Of a DNA stretch of 54,765 bases, positions 1-8,204 are shown one piece after another (position 1 is the first letter of the stretch; each line of letters begins with the position of its first letter). The notes under the pieces were generated by a model. It made no database searches and was not told where the DNA came from. It saw only the letters and a program-made list of their open reading frames with translations. Where the stretch lies: positions 1 through 54,765 of IMG/VR virus record IMGVR_UViG_3300025769_000149; one strand, 5' to 3'. Source of the DNA: a virus. Its lineage: Duplodnaviria > Caudoviricetes. Position numbers and translations under genes: made by a program.

Positions 1-31
<31 letters not shown>

Positions 32-68
32 CTACACTTTAGTTATATATACGCAACGTCCTTTTTTG

Positions 69-165
69 GAGGTACCTCTATATATGGGTACCCCTAAGGA
101 TATTAGTCCCTAATATCTAGGGTATGACATAAGGTATAAGGATTAATAGTAGCAGGCTAGTGTCA
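69..165. repeat. cluster of palindromes and inverted repeats, possibly a genome-terminus or packaging region
   Basis: GAGGTACCTC (69-78), GGGTACCC (86-93), hairpin GATATTAG-tcc-CTAATATC (99-117) extendable by CCCTA/TAGGG, and TGACA (125-129)...TGTCA (161-165). Confidence 0.5.
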
Positions 166-167
166 CA

Positions 168-200
168 AGTAAAAAGTTAATTAAGTGTGTAATACTATAT
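168..200 (+). promoter_or_regulatory. candidate phage promoter AGTAA-N14-GTGTRAY, copy 1
   Basis: AGTAA 168-172 and GTGTAAT 187-193; same spacing at 4805 and 29107; lies just upstream of the first + strand gene. Confidence 0.6.
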
Positions 201-203
201 TAT

Positions 204-614
204 ATGAGACGACACGGAATAACGCGAAGACGCAGAAAAAGAAAAAAGTGTACAGAGTGCTCTCCTATGGAGATGGCCTCTAGTTCTCCTATGAAGTACG
301 TTCAGGAGGACGGTAGCCCACTTGCTGGATCTGACGCTGCAAAACAACAAGATAAGGATAAAGCTCTTAGTACGTGGGGCGAAGCGCATGGAGGTTTGAC
401 CGGTGGTATCGCGAGATACGCGGCTGGCGATGATCTTGGAGACATCGTAAAAGACGAATTAAAAAATCACGCGTTAATGGCTCTTTCTGGAGGCTTATAC
501 AATCCAGTAACAAAAATGGCGATCGAGGGTGTAAAGCATCTTCAGGAAGTAAAGAAAAGAAAAATATTCGAATCAGGCTACGAAGAATCCAACGTCGGGG
601 CTATGGAAATATAA
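204..614 (+). CDS. hypothetical protein with Arg/Lys-rich N-terminus and SPM/SPL repeats
   Basis: 136-aa ORF after the promoter motif; RRRRKRKK, then SPME, SPMK, SPLA. Confidence 0.7.
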   Translation: MRRHGITRRRRKRKKCTECSPMEMASSSPMKYVQEDGSPLAGSDAAKQQDKDKALSTWGEAHGGLTGGIARYAAGDDLGDIVKDELKNHALMALSGGLYNPVTKMAIEGVKHLQEVKKRKIFESGYEESNVGAMEI

Positions 615-625
615 AGAATTAAACA

Positions 626-1033
626 ATGGCTATAACATTAACACCAACACTAACATTATCGAGCACTGGCGGATCAAGTGGAGTTAGCGAAGACGAAACT
701 CTAAGTCTAACCGTTACCGACACACTTTCTATTGGACAAGAGACACACGGTATATCTAGAACTACCGTGTCAACTACAGGCGCAAATAATATTGTACAGC
801 CTCGTACAGACGGTCAGACGTACTATATATACGTAAAGCACACTGGCACGTCTGATGGAACTAGTGCAACAACAGAAACTTTAAACGTAGAGCTAACAGG
901 TGACGTACCATTTGCAAAACTTGCTGCTGATGAGTTCTGTTTTCTGCCTTGTGGTGGCCATTCGTTAGGAGTACAACTACAAGCATCGTCTGGCTCTATT
1001 GTCGCAGAGTACGGATGGTGGGTGAAAGCATAA
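626..1033 (+). CDS. putative small beta-rich virion structural protein
   Basis: 135 aa, Thr/Ser/Gly-rich beta pattern; similar in character to 48558 and 49350. Confidence 0.65.
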   Translation: MAITLTPTLTLSSTGGSSGVSEDETLSLTVTDTLSIGQETHGISRTTVSTTGANNIVQPRTDGQTYYIYVKHTGTSDGTSATTETLNVELTGDVPFAKLAADEFCFLPCGGHSLGVQLQASSGSIVAEYGWWVKA

Positions 1034-1037
1034 TTAA

Positions 1038-1766
1038 ATGGCATTTAAACTAAAAGCCGGTAATTCAGGCAACCCAATACATAAAAATTTCTCAACGTCA
1101 TTTAAGCACGGCGGACATAACTTAGGAAAAGGCGTTCCTGAAGATACGCCTCACTATAACAAGGAGGGTGGAGCACACACAGGTGGTGACTTCTGGTTCG
1201 AGAAGCAAGGTGACGCATCTGGCTGGACGCAAAAAGGAGGTCGTGTAGAAACGACTGAAGTCCCGCATACACCAGAGGGAGATGCTTACTATGCTAGTTT
1301 ATCAGATGAGGAGAAAAAAGCTGCAGACGAAAGGCAAATAGCAAGATCCTCTCAATTCATACCGCTAGAGGACGCGGGTGGTGAAACAATAGAGCCTATA
1401 ACTCCACGAGTTGGGACTCTACCGTCTCCAGAAAGAGATTTTGAATTGAAACCCTCAACCTCTAGCATCAAAGAATACGCTGGTAAACAAGAAGAAGAAA
1501 AAGAAAGTAAAACTGGCGGTAATCTTAAGTACGAACTTAAGCAGGTAGGGAAAGGAATTAAACACGGGGCTAAGCAAATTGGCACTGATGTAGGGAAATT
1601 CATCAAAAACATTGGCAAAGGTGTTGGAAAATGGTGCGACGCATACGGCTGTTACGAAGGAGAGATGCCTCAAAGCACAACGGAAACAGGTGATGACCCC
1701 GCTTTTGCTAAAAAATACGGTAAATCTACAAAAGGACGTGGATATACTATGAAAAACTGTAAATAA
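1038..1766 (+). CDS. MAFK-leader family protein 1 (hypothetical)
   Basis: starts MAFKLKAGNSGNPIHKNF; 242 aa, hydrophilic, with a KxxGKG amphipathic repeat. Confidence 0.8.
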   Translation: MAFKLKAGNSGNPIHKNFSTSFKHGGHNLGKGVPEDTPHYNKEGGAHTGGDFWFEKQGDASGWTQKGGRVETTEVPHTPEGDAYYASLSDEEKKAADERQIARSSQFIPLEDAGGETIEPITPRVGTLPSPERDFELKPSTSSIKEYAGKQEEEKESKTGGNLKYELKQVGKGIKHGAKQIGTDVGKFIKNIGKGVGKWCDAYGCYEGEMPQSTTETGDDPAFAKKYGKSTKGRGYTMKNCK

Positions 1767-1806
1767 AGTAGGGAAAATCCCTATACCAAACATAAAACCA
1801 TAAATA

Positions 1807-2097
1807 ATGACCTATTTATACTACAAGACGTCGACTTCGACGCACACAATGAAGCCAAGTAAACAAGAAATTGAGCAATGGACGCACATGTCTGACAAAT
1901 CTAACTGGCGAATTACCCAATTACCTAACGGATACTACCAAACAGAGGTTTCTCACCCTGCAATTGACGATAATTGGCACTCTGTAACCCGTAGAGAGAC
2001 CATGGAAGGTGCAGAATCCGCGATTGACGGCAGTATCGACTACTTTTCTAAAAAATTAGAGGCTACAAAAGGGCCGAAAGTAGTAAAAACTTTTTAA
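1807..2097 (+). CDS. hypothetical phage protein
   Basis: 96-aa ORF with AT-rich upstream region; protein-like sequence (WRITQLPNGYYQTE). Confidence 0.75.
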   Translation: MTYLYYKTSTSTHTMKPSKQEIEQWTHMSDKSNWRITQLPNGYYQTEVSHPAIDDNWHSVTRRETMEGAESAIDGSIDYFSKKLEATKGPKVVKTF

Positions 2098-2107
2098 TAT
2101 AAGAAAT

Positions 2108-2401
2108 ATGGCATTTAAAATGAAAGGCAGCCCTATGCACCGTAACTTCGGTGTTGGCAGCGCAACAAAAAAGCGTGGCGAAGATATGGAAGAGATGGAG
2201 AAAATAGACGCTACCGCTGCGTTTGATCCAGAGGGAGACGGTACAGGGGGAAGTGGTAAGAACTGGCAAGCAGCAATTAGTCTACAGCAAGAGACTGATA
2301 CAACCATTGGCGCTGATAAAAGTCTTAAGACGGGCGGATCTACTGTAGCTGATACTGTAAGTACTGACAAAAAGAAAAAAAGAAAGAGAAAAAACAAGTA
2401 A
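2108..2401 (+). CDS. MAFK-leader family protein 2
   Basis: MAFKMKGSPMHRNF; poly-basic C-terminus KKKKRKRKNK. Confidence 0.8.
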   Translation: MAFKMKGSPMHRNFGVGSATKKRGEDMEEMEKIDATAAFDPEGDGTGGSGKNWQAAISLQQETDTTIGADKSLKTGGSTVADTVSTDKKKKRKRKNK

Positions 2402-2403
2402 TC

Positions 2404-2673
2404 ATGGCATTTAAAATGAAAGGCTTCCCAAAACAGTCAGGTGTAGGTGGCGTTGAGGCTGAAGAGCGTAAAATAGAAAACATACCGACTAGCGCCCCTG
2501 GCTCTCAAAACCCTAGTTTTCCTGAAGTTTTGTATACCACAGACGGTAAAGCTGTGAAAAGTCAGAGCTTAGACGAAGGGGAGATGCCACTTAAGCCTAG
2601 TTCAGACAAGAACGGTAAATATATAACTTATCCTGGTAGAGGAAGACTCTACTACAAAAATCCAACAAACTAA
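2404..2673 (+). CDS. MAFK-leader family protein 3
   Basis: MAFKMKGFPK; 2 nt after the previous stop. Confidence 0.8.
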   Translation: MAFKMKGFPKQSGVGGVEAEERKIENIPTSAPGSQNPSFPEVLYTTDGKAVKSQSLDEGEMPLKPSSDKNGKYITYPGRGRLYYKNPTN

Positions 2674-2674
2674 T

Positions 2675-2959
2675 ATGGCATTTAAAATGACAGGCTACTC
2701 AGCCTTTGATAAAGAAGACCCTAAAACTATGCGCGTAGAAGTTGATCGCGTAGGATCTGATGGTGGAACCTTATGGGTAAATACGAATGAAGGCCCGCGT
2801 AAAGTTAAAGGCGGCGCTGCAGGTATCGCTGAAATTCAAGCAGGCGACATGGTGACAGTTAACGTTGGAGGCGGTGGTATGCTAACATTAGACGCTAAGG
2901 CTGCTGACGACGACGCAACTCACGACTTGCGTAAAAAAAAGACTAAAGCTAGCGCATAA
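2675..2959 (+). CDS. MAFK-leader family protein 4
   Basis: MAFKMTGYSAF; small beta-rich body, basic tail. Confidence 0.8.
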   Translation: MAFKMTGYSAFDKEDPKTMRVEVDRVGSDGGTLWVNTNEGPRKVKGGAAGIAEIQAGDMVTVNVGGGGMLTLDAKAADDDATHDLRKKKTKASA

Positions 2960-2996
2960 GCTAACTACTATAATTTAATTTAATTTACTATAATTC

Positions 2997-4568
2997 ATGG
3001 AATACAACTTACCTAGTGAGTTGATCAAACGTTTAGACTTTGGTCAAACCGCTAAAGAAAAAGTAATAGCTGGCGTACATAAGCTAGCACAAGCCGTAAA
3101 GAGCACATTAGGCGCATCGGGTAAATGCGTAATATACGAGGATGCTCGCGGCCGACCGGTGATCACAAAAGACGGAGTAACCGTTGCCCAAAGCGTAGTC
3201 TTATATGATCCGGTTGAAAACATAGGTGCTACCCTTATTAAAGAAGCAGCTAACAATACAGTGAAAGAAGCAGGCGACGGTACCACTACGGCTACCGTCC
3301 TTGCTGAAGCACTACTTAAAGAGGTAAACAAAGAAAAATATGCTGATGAATCTATTAGAGAAATCAAAGCAGGTATTAGTTCAGGCTTGGAGAAAGTTGT
3401 TAAACATCTTGAAGACAGGGCTATTGAAGTTGAAGGGAGCATGCTTAGCGCTGTTAGCGCGATTAGTTGCAATAATGATAAAGCCCTTGGAAGCGTTATT
3501 GCAGAGGCTTACGAAAAAGTAGGTAAGCATGGTGTCGTACTTATGGAGGAAGGTGACACCGAAGACACGCATGTGGAGTTAGTTGACGGAGTGCAGGTTG
3601 ATTGCGGGCTTACGTCTCCGCACTTTGTCACTAACACTGATAAGCATTTAGCAGAACTAGATAATCCCTACGTATTAGTAGTATCTAGTTTAATACCTAA
3701 CGTACGCAAAATACAAAACGTGTTAGAGCATGTCATCAAGACTGGACGAGCTTTACTTATCATAGCTCCAGTAGATCAGCAAGTGAAAGCCGCGTTGATG
3801 ATGAACAAGGTTAAAGGCAATATCAAAGTTAATATTATTGACCTACCTGGCTTTGGACCTACTAGAAAAGATGCTACAGAAGATTTAGCTATATTAACAG
3901 GCGCTACTATTATTAACGAAGAACTAGGTGATGATCTAGATCTTATTAGTGTAGATCATTTAGGAGAAGTAGAATACGCCGTTACTAGCGATACTAATAC
4001 AGTTATAACATTAGATGGTGTAACTGAGGATATAGAAAATAGGATTAAAGAGGTTAATAACAAAATCGCTGAAGAGAAAAACGGTTTTATTAAGAAAAAG
4101 CTAGAACAACGTCTAGCGACTCTTTCAGGTTCAGTAGGTATTGTTAAAGTAGGTGCTGCTTCAAAAGTAGAGCTTAAGGAAAAGAAAGATAGAGTCGAAG
4201 ACGCTATATATGCTACAAAGGCCGCGCTGCGAGAAGGTATTATTCCTGGTGGAGGTTCGGCGTTATGGTGGGCTTCTAAAAAAATTAAACCCACTAACGT
4301 GGGTGAGGAGATTCTCCTTGAGGCTATTAAGTCTCCAATGCTGACTATCCTAGATAACGCAGGTCTTACTAATGCTAAGTGTGATGGTAAAGACTATTGC
4401 GGTATTGATGTTATATCTGGTAAATGTACAGATATGCTAGACGTAGGAATAGTAGATCCGGTTTTGGTAACAAAATCGGCGCTGAAAAATGCTGTATCAG
4501 TAGTATCAACTATTATATCAGCTGATTGTGTAATTTCAAACGCTAGAGCAGATGAGAGCAATCAATGA
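2997..4568 (+). CDS. groEL: chaperonin GroEL (Cpn60)
   Basis: ITKDGVTVA, AGDGTTTATVLAEA, GIIPGGG, GIVDPVLVTKSAL motifs; 523 aa; lacks the GGM tail. Confidence 0.97.
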   Translation: MEYNLPSELIKRLDFGQTAKEKVIAGVHKLAQAVKSTLGASGKCVIYEDARGRPVITKDGVTVAQSVVLYDPVENIGATLIKEAANNTVKEAGDGTTTATVLAEALLKEVNKEKYADESIREIKAGISSGLEKVVKHLEDRAIEVEGSMLSAVSAISCNNDKALGSVIAEAYEKVGKHGVVLMEEGDTEDTHVELVDGVQVDCGLTSPHFVTNTDKHLAELDNPYVLVVSSLIPNVRKIQNVLEHVIKTGRALLIIAPVDQQVKAALMMNKVKGNIKVNIIDLPGFGPTRKDATEDLAILTGATIINEELGDDLDLISVDHLGEVEYAVTSDTNTVITLDGVTEDIENRIKEVNNKIAEEKNGFIKKKLEQRLATLSGSVGIVKVGAASKVELKEKKDRVEDAIYATKAALREGIIPGGGSALWWASKKIKPTNVGEEILLEAIKSPMLTILDNAGLTNAKCDGKDYCGIDVISGKCTDMLDVGIVDPVLVTKSALKNAVSVVSTIISADCVISNARADESNQ

Positions 4569-4809
4569 TTATATAGTGGTAGATAAGCAGAAAGCAGGGC
4601 CTAAAAAGATTGGAGGTCTTATTCTCACTGAAGATCTAGATCAAGACAATAGATATGTTAAGGCTACAATTATATCTACAGGAAACTTAGTTGAAGGCTT
4701 AAAAGATAACGATGTTATATATTACGACAAACACGCTGGGCATGGTATAACCTGGGCAGATACAATGTACCATGTGATCCGAGCAAGAGATGTTGTGTTA
4801 GTGGAGTAA
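4552..4809 (+). CDS. groES: co-chaperonin GroES (Cpn10)
   Basis: INDYIVV, KKIGGLIL mobile loop, DVIYYDKHAG, VIRARDVV; overlaps groEL by 17 nt. Confidence 0.9.
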   Translation: MRAINDYIVVDKQKAGPKKIGGLILTEDLDQDNRYVKATIISTGNLVEGLKDNDVIYYDKHAGHGITWADTMYHVIRARDVVLVE

Positions 4810-4837
4810 CTACTTCGCTAAACGTGTGATATATATA
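4805..4837 (+). promoter_or_regulatory. candidate phage promoter AGTAA-N14-GTGTRAY, copy 2
   Basis: AGTAA 4805-4809 and GTGTGAT 4824-4830. Confidence 0.6.
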
Positions 4838-4842
4838 TTAGA

Positions 4843-4884
4843 CCTAAACCTTAAATCACAAACCCTAAACGGTAAATCTTAAAC
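4843..4884 (+). repeat. six tandem degenerate heptamers NNWAAAY in a 5' UTR
   Basis: cctaaac cttaaat cacaaac cctaaac ggtaaat cttaaac with exact 7-nt period. Confidence 0.75.
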
Positions 4885-4907
4885 AATTAATAAATAAAAA
4901 TTTAAAA

Positions 4908-5825
4908 ATGACAAACGGAAATTTTTTGTATTTTGCGGAATCAGACGTAGAGACTGGTGGCCACATTGATGGTGAGCCAGAAGCTATTTGTTTTCCTGCA
5001 AGCGCATACATTGGCACTTTCCCTAGAACTGCTACTTCAGTCCTTGTAAAAGCAGAGGCTGGCGGTTATCAGTACAGTTTAATCATGGGCACTAACACCG
5101 GTAAGAATAAAGAGGTTGTTAAGGCTATGGATTCGATCGTGTACGCTAACGCGTCTCAAGGAAAGATGATCACTGTGTATGATGCTGAGGCTGGTACAGT
5201 TAAAGAAGCTAGAATCAACAAAGCCCTACAAGGTCTTGTGACAAGCGTTGCTGGGTTTAGTTGTAGGGCTGTAGGTCCTATTGAAAACAAGGTGAGCACT
5301 ACTGCTAGTGATTTTGGAAACTACGGAGCCGGTGTAGTAGGCACTAGCGCTACTCAACCAACTCCGCTAAACTACACTTGGCGACATGGTTCTGGTTACA
5401 TAACAGAAACGTTTATTGATATAACGGGTCTTGGTAGTGCTAATGACGCTGGTGATGCGATTGGACTCGCTGCTGGTGGTAGAGCTTTTTTCTCAGTAGG
5501 TAAACCGCAAGCCGCGGCTGTAGTTCCATATAAAGTGGAAATGACTTGCCTTGTTGTTCCAACATCTGGATCTAACAACTTGACGGATATTGATCTTTAC
5601 GCTAACTCTTCTGCTGACATTGAGTATGACGGCGCTGTTGATGGCGGTGGTGGTGATCAACTAATTAACAGTGGAACTTGGACAAAAGGTAAGACTTTAG
5701 TTCAAGAAGACAATGTAAACGATACGGTTTTAAACAAACCTCTTTATCTAGCCGCAGGTGCGACTCACAGTGGCGCTAACACGTTTACGGCGGGTAAGTA
5801 TGTCGTAAGAGTATACTGGGTATAA
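4908..5825 (+). CDS. putative virion structural or decoration protein
   Basis: 305 aa, Gly/Ala/Thr-rich, beta-rich C-domain; N-domain resembles 5853. Confidence 0.7.
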   Translation: MTNGNFLYFAESDVETGGHIDGEPEAICFPASAYIGTFPRTATSVLVKAEAGGYQYSLIMGTNTGKNKEVVKAMDSIVYANASQGKMITVYDAEAGTVKEARINKALQGLVTSVAGFSCRAVGPIENKVSTTASDFGNYGAGVVGTSATQPTPLNYTWRHGSGYITETFIDITGLGSANDAGDAIGLAAGGRAFFSVGKPQAAAVVPYKVEMTCLVVPTSGSNNLTDIDLYANSSADIEYDGAVDGGGGDQLINSGTWTKGKTLVQEDNVNDTVLNKPLYLAAGATHSGANTFTAGKYVVRVYWV

Positions 5826-5852
5826 TAATAACATTTAAAAAATAAAGAAATT

Positions 5853-6239
5853 ATGGCAAGATTATTATTTGCAAGCGGCGCTGGAATTGACGCTACAGGA
5901 AGAACGATAGACGCATGCTCAGTAGATGGAAGTGAACTTATAGGTGTAATGCCAGTAAGCGCTACTACTACAGAGGCAATTTTTAGAACTGACAACGGTT
6001 ACGCACCTAACACTACAAGAGTCGTTTTTACTCACGACGATACGCACGCTGTAGAAAGTGGCGCGTCAGGTCATAGAGTTAGAGAAATTGCTGAGGTATT
6101 AACTAAAGCAGCTTCTGCTGGCCCACACTCAGTTGTGGTAGATGTACTTGATTTTGACAATAACGTTAAAACACCAGGTTTAAACTTTGTGACTGGAATT
6201 AGTATCGAAGCTATGTCTGGATACTTCTGGAACACGTAA
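5853..6239 (+). CDS. putative virion protein, paralogue of the 4908 N-domain
   Basis: LLFASG...IGVMPVSATTT aligns with FLYFAES...IGTFPRTATSV. Confidence 0.7.
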   Translation: MARLLFASGAGIDATGRTIDACSVDGSELIGVMPVSATTTEAIFRTDNGYAPNTTRVVFTHDDTHAVESGASGHRVREIAEVLTKAASAGPHSVVVDVLDFDNNVKTPGLNFVTGISIEAMSGYFWNT

Positions 6240-6240
6240 G

Positions 6241-6681
6241 ATGAGACTGACAGCGCAAGATTTGCGTGATATGAATATCCTTAAGTATTACAGGCTCACG
6301 CGTAAGTGGGCCTGTAAGACTTATGGATTAACTGATGCTGATCTAGAGTTACTTATATATCTAGATCACAAGGGTAGATTTACCCGCAACGAATTTATCG
6401 AGGGTGCTTACACATATTCTTGGGATAAGAAAAGGTGGGAGAAACTTCGATCAGCTGGCTGGATAGAAGTTTGGCGACATAGAAATAGAACGAGTATTAA
6501 ATACTCTGTATTTAAAACGTCGTTTAAATGCTCACAGCTAGTAACACGAATATATCGCATATTACTAGGCGAAGAAGATATGCCAACTTCTGAACGTAGT
6601 ATTTTTTACAACAATAAATCGTATACAGATAAAGTCTATAACAAAGCTATAGACGATATGATACGAGATAAAGACAGATAA
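6241..6681 (+). CDS. winged-helix (MarR-like) DNA-binding protein
   Basis: YGLTDADLELLIYLDHKGRFTRNEF...WEKLRSAGWIEV pattern. Confidence 0.6.
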   Translation: MRLTAQDLRDMNILKYYRLTRKWACKTYGLTDADLELLIYLDHKGRFTRNEFIEGAYTYSWDKKRWEKLRSAGWIEVWRHRNRTSIKYSVFKTSFKCSQLVTRIYRILLGEEDMPTSERSIFYNNKSYTDKVYNKAIDDMIRDKDR

Positions 6682-6682
6682 C

Positions 6683-6853
6683 ATGGCTTTTAAAATGAAA
6701 GGGCCTTACCACAAGGCTTTTAAAAACGTTGGTAAATCAGGTATGAATGAAGAACCTTATAAAAAAGTTAAGCATAAGTCCAAAGAAAACGAAGGATGGA
6801 GTATGACTATTGAAAAAGGAGGTTCTTCAAAAGAGAAAACAGTCGTAAAGTAA
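6683..6853 (+). CDS. MAFK-leader family protein 5 (56 aa, absent from the ORF track)
   Basis: hand translation MAFKMKGPYHKAFKNVGKSGMNEEPYKKVKHKSKENEGWSMTIEKGGSSKEKTVVK; fills the gap; TAATG coupling to the next gene. Confidence 0.8.
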   Translation: MAFKMKGPYHKAFKNVGKSGMNEEPYKKVKHKSKENEGWSMTIEKGGSSKEKTVVK

Positions 6854-7227
6854 TGGCTTTTAAACTCGGTCGTAAACCTTTACCTGGCATTGCTCACAAC
6901 GGTCAACTAAATAAGAAACTTAACATTAAGCACAAAGATCTTGAAGAAGGCACTGTAGCAGAGGCTGTTAATGGCAACGAAATGGTAATAGACAAAGACG
7001 TACCTAAAGACAGTAGATTATACAAAGAAGCCGTAGCTCATGAGGCTGTTCATTGTAAAGAAATGGCTGAGGGCAGAATAGCTTATGGAAAAGACTGGGT
7101 TAGATCAGACGGTAAGACTTACCCTAGAAAAGACGGTAAGATAAAGTATAACGGCGAGTGGCACGAAGAGGGAAGCGAAGTATTTCCTTGGGAGCAACGA
7201 GCTATGAACGCAGAAAAATATGTCTAA
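6853..7227 (+). CDS. MAFK-leader family protein 6: zincin-like metallopeptidase
   Basis: MAFKLG start; AVAHEAVH (HExxH) with a downstream PWEQRA Glu. Confidence 0.75.
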   Translation: MAFKLGRKPLPGIAHNGQLNKKLNIKHKDLEEGTVAEAVNGNEMVIDKDVPKDSRLYKEAVAHEAVHCKEMAEGRIAYGKDWVRSDGKTYPRKDGKIKYNGEWHEEGSEVFPWEQRAMNAEKYV

Positions 7228-7366
7228 ATTCGCAAAAAGATTTTGTAAAAAATCACCGTTTAAACACGCGGTTACAGCTAGTGGGCACAAGCACGTTGAT
7301 GCTAAAGCGCCAAAAAAACCTGCGCCAGCTGGCGAGGTTGATAAATCAAAGTTAGAATTATTATAG
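7220..7366 (+). CDS. small basic protein (48 aa, absent from the ORF track)
   Basis: MSKFAKRFCKKSPFKHAVTASGHKHVDAKAPKKPAPAGEVDKSKLELL; fills the gap with an 8-nt overlap. Confidence 0.6.
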   Translation: MSKFAKRFCKKSPFKHAVTASGHKHVDAKAPKKPAPAGEVDKSKLELL

Positions 7367-7367
7367 T

Positions 7368-7580
7368 ATGTTTGAAATATTTAAAGACAATAACGAATGG
7401 AACGAAAAAGCAATAGTGGGCTTTGTAGCCTTTGCCCTTATGGTGGTGGTGATGCTTGTGGATACTGTATCTGGGGCCGTAGGTAAAGATTTAATAATTA
7501 ACGAATTTGTATACAACTCTTTTGTGTGGGTGGTTTTGGGATCGTTTGGAATTAGTGGTGTAGAAAAGTTTGCAAAGTAA
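7368..7580 (+). CDS. two-TM membrane protein (holin or antiholin candidate)
   Basis: two hydrophobic helices, AIVGFVAFALMVVVMLV and SFVWVVLGSFGISGV. Confidence 0.65.
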   Translation: MFEIFKDNNEWNEKAIVGFVAFALMVVVMLVDTVSGAVGKDLIINEFVYNSFVWVVLGSFGISGVEKFAK

Positions 7581-7810
7581 TGGATTTTATTGATAGAAAC
7601 TGGGTGTTATTTGAAGCTAACGAGATTAGCTCTATAATGTATAATAAGATGCACGAAAACTCTGCGGATGATCTTATATATAACGCAGACAGATCTAAAG
7701 CGTTTGGATCATTTTCTACATGCTCTGGTTGTAAGACACCTACATTTTTATCAGGTAAAACTATATACAGTTTCGAGGAGTTTGCGAATACACTTAACAC
7801 ATCTTGGTAA
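7580..7810 (+). CDS. hypothetical protein
   Basis: 76 aa, TAATG-coupled at both ends. Confidence 0.65.
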   Translation: MDFIDRNWVLFEANEISSIMYNKMHENSADDLIYNADRSKAFGSFSTCSGCKTPTFLSGKTIYSFEEFANTLNTSW

Positions 7811-8202
7811 TGAACTTTTTAACTAATTTATTTTCCGCTGGAGCTACTGAACTGGTTAAAGGTGTAGGTGGTGTATTAGATAACCTCACTACTTCTAAAG
7901 AAGAAAAGCTTGAAGCAGAACAAAAGATAAAAGAATTAGTAGCCAACTACGAAGTTGAGATGGAAAAGAATATTACATCTCGATGGGAGGCGGATGCAAA
8001 ATCTGACTCATGGCTTTCAAAGAACGTAAGGCCTATGGTTCTTATATTCTTAATAGTATGCACGATGCTATTGATATTCATTGATGCTGGTGCAATCAAT
8101 TTTAACGTGAAGGATTCTTACGTGGACCTTCTTCAATTAGTATTAATAACAGTGATCGGTGCATACTTCGGTGGTAGATCACTAGAAAAAGTAAAAAAAT
8201 AA
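7810..8202 (+). CDS. holin of the GTA 3TM-holin type
   Basis: SDSWLSKNVRP followed by TM helices and GAYFGGRS; ATG at 7810 preferred (TAATG coupling). Confidence 0.75.
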   Translation: MNFLTNLFSAGATELVKGVGGVLDNLTTSKEEKLEAEQKIKELVANYEVEMEKNITSRWEADAKSDSWLSKNVRPMVLIFLIVCTMLLIFIDAGAINFNVKDSYVDLLQLVLITVIGAYFGGRSLEKVKK

Positions 8203-8204
8203 TT

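Noticed and set aside
1038-2959. MAFK-start DNA repeats as a CRISPR array
   Set aside because: Repeats are gene starts with synonymous variation, spaced hundreds of nt apart by ORFs; no cas genes
7158-7355. 65-aa ORF from the track
   Set aside because: Overlaps the peptidase by 70 nt; the 48-aa ORF 7220-7366 fits the gap better and has the SPF motif
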